Source: a virus (Duplodnaviria > Caudoviricetes). From it: a stretch of DNA of 47,058 nucleotides. The notes under the pieces are model-generated. The model did not search any database and was not told the DNA's origin. It saw only the letters and a program-made list of their open reading frames with translations. The DNA lies in IMG/VR virus record IMGVR_UViG_3300037212_000010, positions 1 through 47,058 of that record; one strand, given 5' to 3'. The position numbers were made by a program, and so were the translations under genes. Each line of letters begins with the position of its first letter. The stretch's first letter is position 1. Positions 31,903-41,344 of the stretch are shown here, piece by piece.

Positions 31903-32634
31903 GGGGGGCACTCTCACTCCCATCGCTGTTTCTCGGCATAACGCCGGCGCAGGCAAGACAGCACCTGCTGCCCCTGATGAAGGCAGCCCGGTCAAAGTAC
32001 CCCCGTGTGGTGGTGCCTTGTGCCGGGCGCTTCACGGGCCCGCTCATCGCTCTGAAGGCTGGCTACCCACCGGACGCCATCCACGCAAGCGACGTAAGTC
32101 TCTTTTCGAGTCTCATCGGCTACCTGGCTGCCGGCACCGACGTCCGGCAGTTGGGGGCCGTTGTTGCGTTGCCGGACGTCCCGGAGCTGGAAACGTGCGC
32201 CAACGAGACCGCCGACCAGCTCGAGCACGCGGCGGCCGTCCTCCTTGCGATGAAGGTCGCCACCACGCCGGGCAAGAACGCCTACGCGCGCATGCTCCGC
32301 CAAGACCTAGTCTCGGACTGGCGCCGCCACCTCGAGAAGCTGAAGAGCCACCTCAAGCTGCTGTCCGAGCAGCTGAAGGGAATCCACTACCTTTGCCTTC
32401 CTGCCCAAGCAGCTGCGCGACCTGGACAGCCTGTGCGACGCGCTCACGGCGGCCGACAGGGTAATGACTGCGCCGGTGGAAGCTCATGCGAAGCTCGTGG
32501 CCGCGATGAAGAAGTTGGGGCAGGTGGAGGATATTCGATCACTTGGAGCCATAGCCTATCGGATGGTGGAAATCGTGAATCTGCACCTTGCGGCTACGGA
32601 AGCGGAGTCGACGGAAGCGCCGAGTGCGGAGTAA
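31899..32634 (+). pseudogene. Deletion fusion: 5' part of a methyltransferase-like gene joined to the 3' part of a second (probably ParB-like) gene
   Basis: VVVPCAGRF and HASDVSLFS MTase-like motifs up to GIHY (~32390); then a different frame gives well-biased TFAFLPKQLRDL...EDIRSLGAI to TAA 32632-32634. Confidence 0.55.
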
Positions 32635-32645
32635 ACTAAACCCTG

Positions 32646-33431
32646 ATGATCTCACCAGGCGCTCCCCCGGCAGCACCTGCGCCCATCGAAGGTCCTGAAA
32701 AGCCACCGCGGAAACGACCCGGAAGAAAGAAGGGCGGCAAGGACTCGAAGCCGCGCAAGCGCCGGTCCTTTGGACCATACAAGCTGGACAAGGCGAGCGC
32801 GAAGGCCTTCATTTCGAACATCAAGATCGGCTGTCCGATCCAGATGGCAGCCGGTGTCGCCGGCATAACGTGCGAGACGATCTACCAGTGGATTCGCAGA
32901 GGCAAGCAGTCGGACGCGCCAACGGAGTTGAAGAAGTTCCGTGCCGACTACCTGAAGGCTCGACACTTTTCAGGTCAGCAGGACATGAAGACGCTGTTCA
33001 AGGCGGTGGTTGAAGGCAACATCTCGGCGGCGCAGTGGCGACTGGCCAAGCGCTACCCGAAGGAGTTCGGCAACGAGTCCACCAGGGTGGAGCTGACTGG
33101 CGCCGGCGGCGGGCCCATCAAGACCGAGACCCGGCACGACGGTCTGTCGGCTGAGGAAATGGCGTCGCGAATGGTGAGGGCGGCCCGTATCGCCAAGGAG
33201 GTGCTCGACAAGCAGAAGGTTGAGCTGGCCATCGCCAACGCAATCGAGGTGGGCGCCAACGTCGCGCCGAAGCTCGAACCGACCAGGGAGCCGGTCGACA
33301 TCGTCCCGTCCGCGATGCCGCCGGCATTTCTGCGCACCTCGCAGTCAGTCGACGCCCAATCCATCAAGGCACCGGACAAGAAGCCGCCGGCGGCTCCAGT
33401 TCAAGTCGGCATGATCCCGATGCGGAGCTAG
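32646..33431 (+). CDS. terS: Terminase small subunit
   Basis: HTH AAGVAGITCETIYQWIRRG, AAQWRLAKRYPKEFG, VELTGAGGGPI; directly upstream of TerL. Confidence 0.75.
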   Translation: MISPGAPPAAPAPIEGPEKPPRKRPGRKKGGKDSKPRKRRSFGPYKLDKASAKAFISNIKIGCPIQMAAGVAGITCETIYQWIRRGKQSDAPTELKKFRADYLKARHFSGQQDMKTLFKAVVEGNISAAQWRLAKRYPKEFGNESTRVELTGAGGGPIKTETRHDGLSAEEMASRMVRAARIAKEVLDKQKVELAIANAIEVGANVAPKLEPTREPVDIVPSAMPPAFLRTSQSVDAQSIKAPDKKPPAAPVQVGMIPMRS

Positions 33432-33434
33432 GCG

Positions 33435-34922
33435 ATGCTGGCGGTAGCCAAACAGAGCGATCTCGAGTACGGCTTCGAAACTGCCGAGGCTCAACTCTGC
33501 GAGCTCGCGCGCACCGACATTCGAGCGTTCGTTTCGTATGTCATGCGGGACGAGGAGACGGGTGGTCTCGTCGACCTGTGCCCGATGCACGAGGCGTGGC
33601 ACGCGCTCGCCGACAGGCACGACCGGCTTATTCTTTGGTCGTTCGCCGAGGCCGGGAAAAGTTTTAACCTGAGCATCGCCCGCACGCTGTTCATGCTCGG
33701 GCGGGACCCGACGCTCCGATTCGCCATCGTCTCGAACAACACGACCCAGGCCGAGAAGATCGCCGGCCTGATTGCTCGGTACATTCTCGAGTCGGAGGAG
33801 CTGCACCAGGTGTTCCCGAACCTGGTTCCGGATCCGTCGATGCCGTGGAACAGCGGGCAGATCACAGTCAAGCGACCGACCCGCGCGGCTCAGCCCTCGG
33901 TGCAGGTCGTCGGCATTGGCTCGAACATTCAGGGCAGCCGCATCGACGTCGCGATCCTCGACGACGTTCTCAACCGGGACAACACCCGCACAGAGAACAA
34001 CCGCAGGGAGACGCTGGACTGGTACATCAAGACGATCCCGGGCCGCATGACCCGCCGGGGGCGCATCATCGCGATCGGTAACGTCTTCCACAAAGAGGAC
34101 CTGCTTCACGTGCTGGCGAGGAACCGGCGCTTTCACGCCTACAAGTTCCCGATCCAGCACAAGGACGGAACGCCAGCGTGGCCAGAGGTGTGGCCGCTCG
34201 AGCGCATCGCGGAGAAGCGCGAGGAACTCAGCTCAAAGCCGGCCGAGATCAAGATCCAGCTCGACTGTGAGCCAGTGGACGACAAGGACTCGCGCATCAA
34301 GCAGGCGTGGATTGATAAGTGCAAGGCACGCGGCGAGGGTAAGACGCAGATCTACGCCCTTCGAGAAATACCAGCCGGCTGCAAGGTCTACGTCGGCGTC
34401 GATCTTGGCGTGGGTAGGAAGAAGGCCAACGCGAGAACCGTCTACTTCGCGCTCCTGATTCACCCGAACGGCGACCGCCAAGTGCTGTGGATTGAAGCCG
34501 GACGTCTCGCCGCCGACGAGATCATGAACATGATCATCGAGATGCACCAGCGCTTCCACGGCATCTTCGTGGTCGAGAACGTGCAGGCCCAGGACTACAT
34601 CTGCCAGCTGATGACCAAGTACACGGCGATCCCGATCTTGCCGTTCACGACTGGGAAGAACAAAGCAGACCCGAGCTTCGGCGTCGAGGCGATGGGCGTC
34701 GAGTTTGCGAACGGCAAGTGGATCATCCCGAACGACAACGGGATATGCGACCCGGAGGTCGAGACCTGGCTCAACGAGGTGTTGGCGTTCCACCCGGACG
34801 CGCACACAGGTGACTCACTGATGAGCTCGTGGTTTGCCAAAGAGGGCGAGAGACTTGGCGGCCCACCGCCGCCCCCACCGCCCCCGACGGGAACTATCAA
34901 GCTCAACCTCAGTGGATGGTAG
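33435..34922 (+). CDS. terL: Terminase large subunit
   Basis: Walker A-like AEAGKS, G.RIDVAILDD, IGN.FH.EDL, nuclease GVDLG, VVENVQAQ, HTGDSLMS. Confidence 0.9.
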   Translation: MLAVAKQSDLEYGFETAEAQLCELARTDIRAFVSYVMRDEETGGLVDLCPMHEAWHALADRHDRLILWSFAEAGKSFNLSIARTLFMLGRDPTLRFAIVSNNTTQAEKIAGLIARYILESEELHQVFPNLVPDPSMPWNSGQITVKRPTRAAQPSVQVVGIGSNIQGSRIDVAILDDVLNRDNTRTENNRRETLDWYIKTIPGRMTRRGRIIAIGNVFHKEDLLHVLARNRRFHAYKFPIQHKDGTPAWPEVWPLERIAEKREELSSKPAEIKIQLDCEPVDDKDSRIKQAWIDKCKARGEGKTQIYALREIPAGCKVYVGVDLGVGRKKANARTVYFALLIHPNGDRQVLWIEAGRLAADEIMNMIIEMHQRFHGIFVVENVQAQDYICQLMTKYTAIPILPFTTGKNKADPSFGVEAMGVEFANGKWIIPNDNGICDPEVETWLNEVLAFHPDAHTGDSLMSSWFAKEGERLGGPPPPPPPPTGTIKLNLSGW

Positions 34923-34963
34923 AAGCGGCAGCAACGAACAAACCGAACTGATAGGATGCGACC

Positions 34964-36649
34964 ATGGCAAGCGGAATTCGAAGAGACGTAGGCACGGGGA
35001 CCGAAGTTGTTGCAGCGTCTGCAGACCAGATGCTCGTCGCCGAACGGATGAAGCGTCTCGGGCTGTCTCCCAGGCAAGTCACGCTGTCGAGGCTTTATGC
35101 CTTTTTCCGCACCCAGCAACACGACGACTGTGCGACGGCGTGGGACGGCAGCCCGCACACGGACACGCTGGCACGGGCGAGCATCGTCAGCTCGGCGGCT
35201 CTTCCGAACGGATACCAGGACATCGGCGGCCAGCTTGAGCCCCTGCCCTTGCGCTTCCGGCGGCCGAGCGTCCCTTGCCACCTGTGCAAGCTGATCGTCT
35301 CGCGGTTCACCGGACTCCTGTTCAGCGAGCAGCAGAATCCAATGTGGAAGGTGCCAGGCGACGTCGAAACGGAGGCGTGGATACAGGCTGTGACCGAAGA
35401 TCGCGGTCTGTGGGCGATGATGGGTCACGCGCGCGACATGGGCGGCGCCATCGGAACGGCGGTGCCTGGCTTCAAGATCATCGACGGTCGCGTGGTGTTC
35501 GAAGACTTGGACGCGCGATGGTGCTTCCCGACCTTCGACCCGAAGGATCCACGTCAGCTCCTCAAGATAGAAATCCGCTACATGTACCCGCAGGATGTGC
35601 GCGACGACCAGACCGGGGAGTGGCGCGAAGAGAATTTCTGGTACCTTCGGATCATCGACCGAGAAGTCGACTGCCTGTGGAAGCCCCAGGCCGTGGGCGA
35701 CGGTGCCAGCGAGCCAGACTGGGATAACCCGCTGAACGTCGCCGAGATGCACCGACACAACCTCGGCTTCGTGCCCTACGAGTGGATCCCGAACCTCGAA
35801 GTGTCTGGCGACATCGACGGCGACTCGGACTGCCTCGGCTCATACGACTACTTCGAGCGCATCGGCGAGCTGGACAGCCAGATTCACGGCGGCGCCATCC
35901 GCAACGCCGACCCGACGCCAGTGGTGTCGAGCGACGGCAACTTGCAGAAGGTCGCCCAGGGCAGCAAGCAAGCGGTGAAGCTCGAGAAGGGTGGCACACT
36001 CACCTTTGCAGAGACGAACGGCACGAGCCTGGAAGCTGCTGCCAAGGAATCCGACCGCCTCGAGGACAAGGCGCTGCAGGTGGCAGAGTGCGTGCTGGCC
36101 GACCAGCGGACCACCGACGGCGCGAGCGTCACGGCCACCGAGATCAACAAGCGGACCGCGGCGATGTTCGCAAAGGCATCCCGGCTTCGCACTCAGTACG
36201 GCGCCCGCGGAGCGGTGCTGCTCATGGACAAACTTGTCAGGGCTGCGCGGAAGCTGGACCAGGGCCGTCCAGCCGGACCTGACGAGAGCGATGGCGAGGG
36301 CAACCGCATTCTCCCGGGCACGACCATCCGAAGTTCGATCACCGTACCGCCGAAGGTGGGCGACGATGGCAAGCTGCAAGACCACAAGCTCGGCAATGTG
36401 CGAGGAGCGCAGTTGAAGCTGGTCTGGCCCCCATTCTCGCAACCCAGCTCGCAAGAGGTGCTGCAGGACGTGCAGGCCACCGTGCAAGCGCGCGGCGGGC
36501 GCCTCATCTCGGCGGTCACGGCCACCAGGAAGATCGCCTCGGCGTTCCACGTGGAAAACCCACAGGCCGAGCTCGCGGAGATTCAGAAGGAGCCACCGCC
36601 CCCGGACTTGGCGGGGCAGTCGCTGCAGGAATTGAACGAGGGCAGGTAG
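34964..36649 (+). CDS. Portal protein
   Basis: 561 aa directly after TerL; HNLGFVPYEWIPN, DG.SD, LKLVWP patterns. Confidence 0.8.
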   Translation: MASGIRRDVGTGTEVVAASADQMLVAERMKRLGLSPRQVTLSRLYAFFRTQQHDDCATAWDGSPHTDTLARASIVSSAALPNGYQDIGGQLEPLPLRFRRPSVPCHLCKLIVSRFTGLLFSEQQNPMWKVPGDVETEAWIQAVTEDRGLWAMMGHARDMGGAIGTAVPGFKIIDGRVVFEDLDARWCFPTFDPKDPRQLLKIEIRYMYPQDVRDDQTGEWREENFWYLRIIDREVDCLWKPQAVGDGASEPDWDNPLNVAEMHRHNLGFVPYEWIPNLEVSGDIDGDSDCLGSYDYFERIGELDSQIHGGAIRNADPTPVVSSDGNLQKVAQGSKQAVKLEKGGTLTFAETNGTSLEAAAKESDRLEDKALQVAECVLADQRTTDGASVTATEINKRTAAMFAKASRLRTQYGARGAVLLMDKLVRAARKLDQGRPAGPDESDGEGNRILPGTTIRSSITVPPKVGDDGKLQDHKLGNVRGAQLKLVWPPFSQPSSQEVLQDVQATVQARGGRLISAVTATRKIASAFHVENPQAELAEIQKEPPPPDLAGQSLQELNEGR

Positions 36650-36656
36650 GGAAACG

Positions 36657-37805
36657 ATGAGGATAGCGATCGATTGGGACGGCACAGTCGTCAGCCAGGA
36701 CCGTCCGTACGATGACCTGGTGACTCCGATGGAGTTCATTCCAGGCGCAAAGGAAGGCCTACTTGCGCTGAAGAGAGCAGGCCACGTCCTTTTGCTCTGG
36801 TCTGCCAGGGCTAGCCGGGCGCTGCTCTATGACCCGCTCCTCGATCCGCTCGTGCGAGCGGGGGCCGCGCCGATGGACCGTCGCAGCTGGCTTGCCTCAC
36901 GGCACCTGCATCGGGCGCGGTACGAGCAGATGATCGACTTCGTCAACCGTGAGCTCGCGGGGATCTTCGATGCCATCGACGACGGCCAGTGTGGCAAGCC
37001 ACTGGTCGACCTCTTCATCGACGATCGTTCGATGGCCATGCGCGGCCCCGCGACCTGGGCTCGCATCTCACGCACCTACGGCGAGGCAGAGCCGCTGTTC
37101 GACCAGGAGCTGACGCCGGAGCTACTCGACACGCCCGTGGCGCGTCTCAACCTCGTGCCCACTGGCAAGCTCAAGGACATCATCGACCGGATTGGCGCAG
37201 ACCTCCGTGCCGCCGGCATCATGCACTTCGATCCGATCTTCGCGCTGGGAGACTCAGGCTTCTGGTGCGCCGACCGGGCCCTGACGATCAACTTGCCGTG
37301 GTTCCTTGCCACCGAGCAGCTCTTCCAGGCGGCGCAGCCACGCTATCCCATGACCTGGTTCAACATCGAGCGTGGCGTGCGCCACGAGGTGGGCCATGCG
37401 GTCGGGTATGCGTTCGAGCTGTGGAAGCGACCGGACTGGACGGCGACCTTCGGAGACTTCACGAAGCCGTACCCGAAGACCAGCGGCTCGTGGCCGGTGA
37501 AGGAGAACAGCCCGGACTTCGTCGAGTACGTGCTCGACAGTGGGAAGGGCTACGGGCAGAAGCACCCGGACGAGGACTGGGCCGAGACCTTCGCGGCGTG
37601 GCTGGACCGAAGCTTCGACAAGACCAAGCTGGCCGGCGGTGCCGCGGCGAAGATGGCCTACGTCGCGCGCGTGGCAGGCGACGTGCTCACGGGCTGGCCA
37701 ACAAACCACGACCTCGGCGTGCCCAAGGAATGGCGGGCAGCTTATCCGCAGCAAACGGTGCGCGAGGCCCTCGGCCTGCCGAAAACGGATTCGGGCGCAC
37801 AATAA
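36657..37805 (+). CDS. HAD-like phosphatase fused to a zinc metallopeptidase (HExxH)
   Basis: IAIDWDGTVV, LLWSAR, GKPLVDLFIDDR (HAD); RHEVGHA and YGQKHPDEDWAETFAAWL (zincin, Peptidase_Mx-like). Confidence 0.8.
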   Translation: MRIAIDWDGTVVSQDRPYDDLVTPMEFIPGAKEGLLALKRAGHVLLLWSARASRALLYDPLLDPLVRAGAAPMDRRSWLASRHLHRARYEQMIDFVNRELAGIFDAIDDGQCGKPLVDLFIDDRSMAMRGPATWARISRTYGEAEPLFDQELTPELLDTPVARLNLVPTGKLKDIIDRIGADLRAAGIMHFDPIFALGDSGFWCADRALTINLPWFLATEQLFQAAQPRYPMTWFNIERGVRHEVGHAVGYAFELWKRPDWTATFGDFTKPYPKTSGSWPVKENSPDFVEYVLDSGKGYGQKHPDEDWAETFAAWLDRSFDKTKLAGGAAAKMAYVARVAGDVLTGWPTNHDLGVPKEWRAAYPQQTVREALGLPKTDSGAQ

Positions 37806-37809
37806 TAGG
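37782..37809 (+). promoter_or_regulatory. Class-B promoter-like motif, copy 4
   Basis: AAAA cggattcgg GCGCAC AATAATAGG; GGAGG then ATG 37823. Confidence 0.6.
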
Positions 37810-37822
37810 TGTGGAGGAACAG

Positions 37823-38335
37823 ATGCCACAGCCCAAGACAGACATTCTGAGATTGCCACCCATCGGAAGCGAGTGCTTCATCCTCGACCCGCCTGGGTTT
37901 TCCTTCGTGGTCGACTCTCTGCATTTCGCCAGGAACGTCGGTGCGTACGTTGAGGGCTTGATGAAAGACGGTATTAGCGCACGATATGCGCTCGCCGACG
38001 AGGGCACAATCTGGACGCGGACGAAGCCAGATTCGCATCCTCGGTGCATCGCGACGACGGCGCAGCTTATTGAGGACAACAAAACACTCAGCGACCGCAT
38101 CGCCACACTCGAGACCGAGAAGGCCAGGCTAAGCCGCGAGCTGGAGGATCGAGACATTGTCGTGTTGGCCAGCGCCGCTTCCGAGCTGGGGGCTCTCGCA
38201 GACAGGCTCATGGGTTGCCGGATACCCGACAGGGACGGCATCATAAGATGTCAGATTCACCGCTGCCGAGACTTCCTCACCAACATTTCCACGCGCATCA
38301 TCACGGAGAACCACGATGGCCCAAGCCCCCGGTAA
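37823..38335 (+). CDS. Hypothetical protein with coiled coil
   Basis: GGAGG RBS. Confidence 0.55.
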   Translation: MPQPKTDILRLPPIGSECFILDPPGFSFVVDSLHFARNVGAYVEGLMKDGISARYALADEGTIWTRTKPDSHPRCIATTAQLIEDNKTLSDRIATLETEKARLSRELEDRDIVVLASAASELGALADRLMGCRIPDRDGIIRCQIHRCRDFLTNISTRIITENHDGPSPR

Positions 38336-38744
38336 GAAACCCGCGACGATCCACCTGCAGAAGGCATTCGGCGGTGTGAAGACCGCGCGTGAAGTCTGGC
38401 GCGAGGAGGTCCTGCGCGGACACCTCTGCACCCACTGCCGGACCACGAAGGCCATAGGGACGATTAACCTGTTCTGGCCGGCGGATGAATTCGAGGCGGA
38501 CCAACCCACGTTGGCGGTCAAGATGTTCCTTCGCAGCCCAGCGGGTGTCCCGTGGGTCGAGTTCAACGTCTGCGGCGAGCCCAAGAAGTACGTGCCCCTC
38601 CCGGTCGCTTTCTTCTGTGCGTTCTGCCGGAAAAACATGGAGCAGTGGGCCGCGAGGGCGCCGAGCAAGGTGGTGGCCGAGGTGCGGATGGGGCCGGATG
38701 AAAGCAGGATGGCGGTGGCTATGCCTGGCGACCAATCGGCGTAA
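38316..38744 (+). CDS. Zn-binding hypothetical protein
   Basis: CTHC and CAFC; GGAG RBS. Confidence 0.65.
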   Translation: MAQAPGKKPATIHLQKAFGGVKTAREVWREEVLRGHLCTHCRTTKAIGTINLFWPADEFEADQPTLAVKMFLRSPAGVPWVEFNVCGEPKKYVPLPVAFFCAFCRKNMEQWAARAPSKVVAEVRMGPDESRMAVAMPGDQSA

Positions 38745-38756
38745 ACTGGAAGCACA

Positions 38757-39245
38757 ATGGGAAAACCAGCAGTCGACTACGCTAGGTCCAACGAGAAGCA
38801 ACCGCAGGACAAGCCACAGCCCAAGAAGTGGTCAGCCCAGGAGCGGCTGTGCCTCAAGAAGATCCGCCGCGAGGCCAAGGCCGCGGGCGCGACCCTCGAA
38901 AGCAATGGGGAAGGTGGACTAAATCCTTCATTGGTTTTGGGGATTTTCAGAAAAGGCGGTTGGAAATGCTCAAATGAAAACTGTCCTTCCCCCAAGAAGG
39001 ATTTGACAGTTGACCATATTTCTGGGCATCCTAAAGAGATACGAAGGGATCCCAATGCCAGGAAACGCGCCGATCTCAAAAGGGGCATCAAGCTTGGTCA
39101 CGTCAACGTTACTGCGGCGCTCCACGTTTTGTGTGCGCTGTGTCACGATGCGGTCCACGACCGAGAGCGCGAGATCGAATCTGGTGAAAAACCAGAACCA
39201 ATGCGAGGTGACGTAGATGCCACGCGGGGAAAGAACAAGCCCTGA
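38757..39245 (+). CDS. HNH endonuclease (possibly packaging-associated)
   Basis: WKCSNENC, LTVDHI, N...LHVLCALCHDAVH. Confidence 0.8.
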   Translation: MGKPAVDYARSNEKQPQDKPQPKKWSAQERLCLKKIRREAKAAGATLESNGEGGLNPSLVLGIFRKGGWKCSNENCPSPKKDLTVDHISGHPKEIRRDPNARKRADLKRGIKLGHVNVTAALHVLCALCHDAVHDREREIESGEKPEPMRGDVDATRGKNKP

Positions 39246-40002
39246 ACGGGCTGACAAGATTTCGTCTTTGTACGCATCCGGCCTGACGACGAGGCGGGTA
39301 GCGTCCGAGATGGGCATGAGCAAATCAGGCGTCCTGCTTGTGCTTCGCAAGCGCAACGAGATCATTGGCAGCGGGGAAAGTCGTCTGCGATCGTTGCACG
39401 ACTACGAACTGAATCCGATTATGGAGATTCTAGACGGGGAGCTGCTTGGTGATGGAGCCTACGCTTGGTCTCCGAGCAAGACAGTGGCCCGCTTCGACAT
39501 GACTGTGGCGAGGACGAACAGGGCACATGTAGAAATGCTCCACCGACTCTTTTCAGCTCAGATGCCGCTTAAGCTGGCGCCATCCAAGGGATGGTATGAC
39601 TACAAGGGGAAGAGGATCATTACGGATCGCATTCGACTGACGTCTCTGTTCTCGCGCTCACTCGCTGAGCAACGGATGCGTTGGTATTCAAGTGGTAGGA
39701 AACAGGCGCCCGAGGATCTGGTCTTGTCCCCTACGGTACTTCGTCACTGGTACTACGGAGACGGCTCTATGAGCAACGGAGTGCTCCTGTGCAGCGAGAG
39801 GTATTCCGAGGATGTACTGGAGACCCTTCGCGCGAAGCTCAACGAACTTGGATTCGAAACCAAGCGTTATCTGGCGCACGGACGTCGTGGCCGGTTGCAC
39901 ATGGGAATCGAGTCGACGCGCAGGTTCTTGGCGTACATCGGCCCATGTGAACTTGAATGCTACGCACACAAGTGGGACCTGAGCTTTGCAAAGGCCGCGT
40001 AA
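39217..40002 (+). CDS. Free-standing LAGLIDADG homing endonuclease with N-terminal HTH
   Basis: ILDGELLGDGA and LRHWYYGDGS motifs; YIGPC...YAHKW; lower GC. Confidence 0.85.
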   Translation: MPRGERTSPERADKISSLYASGLTTRRVASEMGMSKSGVLLVLRKRNEIIGSGESRLRSLHDYELNPIMEILDGELLGDGAYAWSPSKTVARFDMTVARTNRAHVEMLHRLFSAQMPLKLAPSKGWYDYKGKRIITDRIRLTSLFSRSLAEQRMRWYSSGRKQAPEDLVLSPTVLRHWYYGDGSMSNGVLLCSERYSEDVLETLRAKLNELGFETKRYLAHGRRGRLHMGIESTRRFLAYIGPCELECYAHKWDLSFAKAA

Positions 40003-40031
40003 CGACCACACAAATGGAAAGGGAACAGACC

Positions 40032-40268
40032 ATGGACAGCAAAGGCAATTTCTACGCAGATGGCGAGGCGGCTGAGCGGCTGGCCGAACAGCTCGGCGAG
40101 AAGGTGAAGCCACTTGCGGCCGCACCCAAGACCGCGGTGCAGATCACGGAGACGGCGGCAGGATTTCTCACCCGCATGAACCGCAGGCAGCGCCGGGCCT
40201 TCTGGTCGGAGCGCAGGCGAGGGGCCGAAGAAGACGCGGCTCTCACCGTGGCGCAGGGGCGGCGATGA
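40032..40268 (+). CDS. Small hypothetical protein (MNRRQRR motif)
   Basis: Purine-rich RBS; ATGA overlap. Confidence 0.55.
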   Translation: MDSKGNFYADGEAAERLAEQLGEKVKPLAAAPKTAVQITETAAGFLTRMNRRQRRAFWSERRRGAEEDAALTVAQGRR

Positions 40269-40492
40269 AGCTCCCAGGTCTAGTTCAAGGCCCGGTTCGC
40301 GAGTTCAGTGTGACAGGGAGAGAAGCATTTCTTTGCGCTGCCGACCACGCGCTCGCATTCGCGCGGGATGCAAAGAGGTGCTTGGATATTGAGCAGGACG
40401 AATTGAGGGGACTCGCTCTCAATTCTACTATTTACACGTGCGCCATCATCGCCGCGAATCTGCGCACAATGGCCAGGGCGACAAAGCCATGA
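40265..40492 (+). CDS. Hypothetical protein
   Basis: ATGA overlaps. Confidence 0.45.
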   Translation: MKLPGLVQGPVREFSVTGREAFLCAADHALAFARDAKRCLDIEQDELRGLALNSTIYTCAIIAANLRTMARATKP

Positions 40493-40758
40493 ACAATCCG
40501 ATGTTCCCGATAGACCAGCCGGTTGCCGACATCGGCACCACGCCACTGGAATGGAGCGGCCCCGTGCTTGCCGGCGGCCCGGTCGTGTTCCTGTGCTGTG
40601 ACCCGTGCGCCTCCCACCTGTGTGTCCGTCCCGACTGTGACCACGGCGAGCTCGACGAGAAGACTTTTGCCAACGCTGCCGATGCGCTGGACCTGCTGCA
40701 CGAGGGCTGCCTTTGCTTTGTGATGCCGAAAGGTGAACATGACAAAAAGACAGATTGA
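40489..40758 (+). CDS. Cys-rich hypothetical protein
   Basis: ATGA overlap; CCDPCASHLC..DCDH. Confidence 0.45.
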   Translation: MNNPMFPIDQPVADIGTTPLEWSGPVLAGGPVVFLCCDPCASHLCVRPDCDHGELDEKTFANAADALDLLHEGCLCFVMPKGEHDKKTD

Positions 40759-41044
40759 GGCGAAGCGGAAAAGATGGATTAAGCTGGCTCGCTTCGAGGG
40801 CGATTGCGTTCTCGGGCTGTGTCCACGCCACCCCGTGAACAAGGAGCTAATCGAGTGCTACGACGCTCTCAAGCTCGCCGGAATAGCCAGCATGCCAGAC
40901 GAGGATTTTTGCCGGGTCGTCGAGTCCATGGCGACGACGGAAGCCTCGCTCGATGTTCCGCAGCCCAGGCACGGATGGTGCGGTAGCGACCCTGTCCACA
41001 CCGACGAGGAGGCAGACGCCGTCGAACTCGGTAGGGACTTGTGA
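40739..41044 (+). CDS. Hypothetical protein
   Basis: GAAAGG RBS. Confidence 0.45.
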   Translation: MTKRQIEAKRKRWIKLARFEGDCVLGLCPRHPVNKELIECYDALKLAGIASMPDEDFCRVVESMATTEASLDVPQPRHGWCGSDPVHTDEEADAVELGRDL

Positions 41045-41331
41045 TGCCAAGCAAAGCCGGAGAGAACATCTTCCGAACCCGCGACGGCCACGTGCTCTGC
41101 AACAGCCACCGGACCAGCGGCGCGCCGAATTACTACTATCCCGGATGCGAGATGTGCGAGGCGGCGAAGGCCAAGGGCATCGTGCGGCCGAACATCAACA
41201 GCGTGCCCAAGAAGCTGCGCGGGCGGCGCCGGCACCTGGAGAAGCAAATTGACTGGAGCAAGGTGAAGCCGGAGAACAAGAGCCCTCTCTCGTGCGCCAT
41301 TCAGCTCGGGCGCCACACCGGGCTCGTGTAG
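41041..41331 (+). CDS. Basic Zn-binding hypothetical protein
   Basis: CNSH...GCEMC. Confidence 0.55.
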   Translation: MMPSKAGENIFRTRDGHVLCNSHRTSGAPNYYYPGCEMCEAAKAKGIVRPNINSVPKKLRGRRRHLEKQIDWSKVKPENKSPLSCAIQLGRHTGLV

Positions 41332-41344
41332 ATCTGGAGGGCAG

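Noticed and set aside
7558-36739. Many long - strand ORFs (e.g. 7558-8880, 10322-11683, 21841-23439, 34595-35758)
   Set aside because: Antisense shadows of well-supported + strand genes in GC-rich DNA, with no recognisable motifs
39217-40002. Group I intron or intein carrying the LAGLIDADG
   Set aside because: Flanking genes are complete ORFs, no intein C/S...HN ends, no room for a ribozyme core
40462-40470. Extra class-B motif GCGCACAAT
   Set aside because: Lacks both the AAAA tract at the fixed spacing and the RATARG tail
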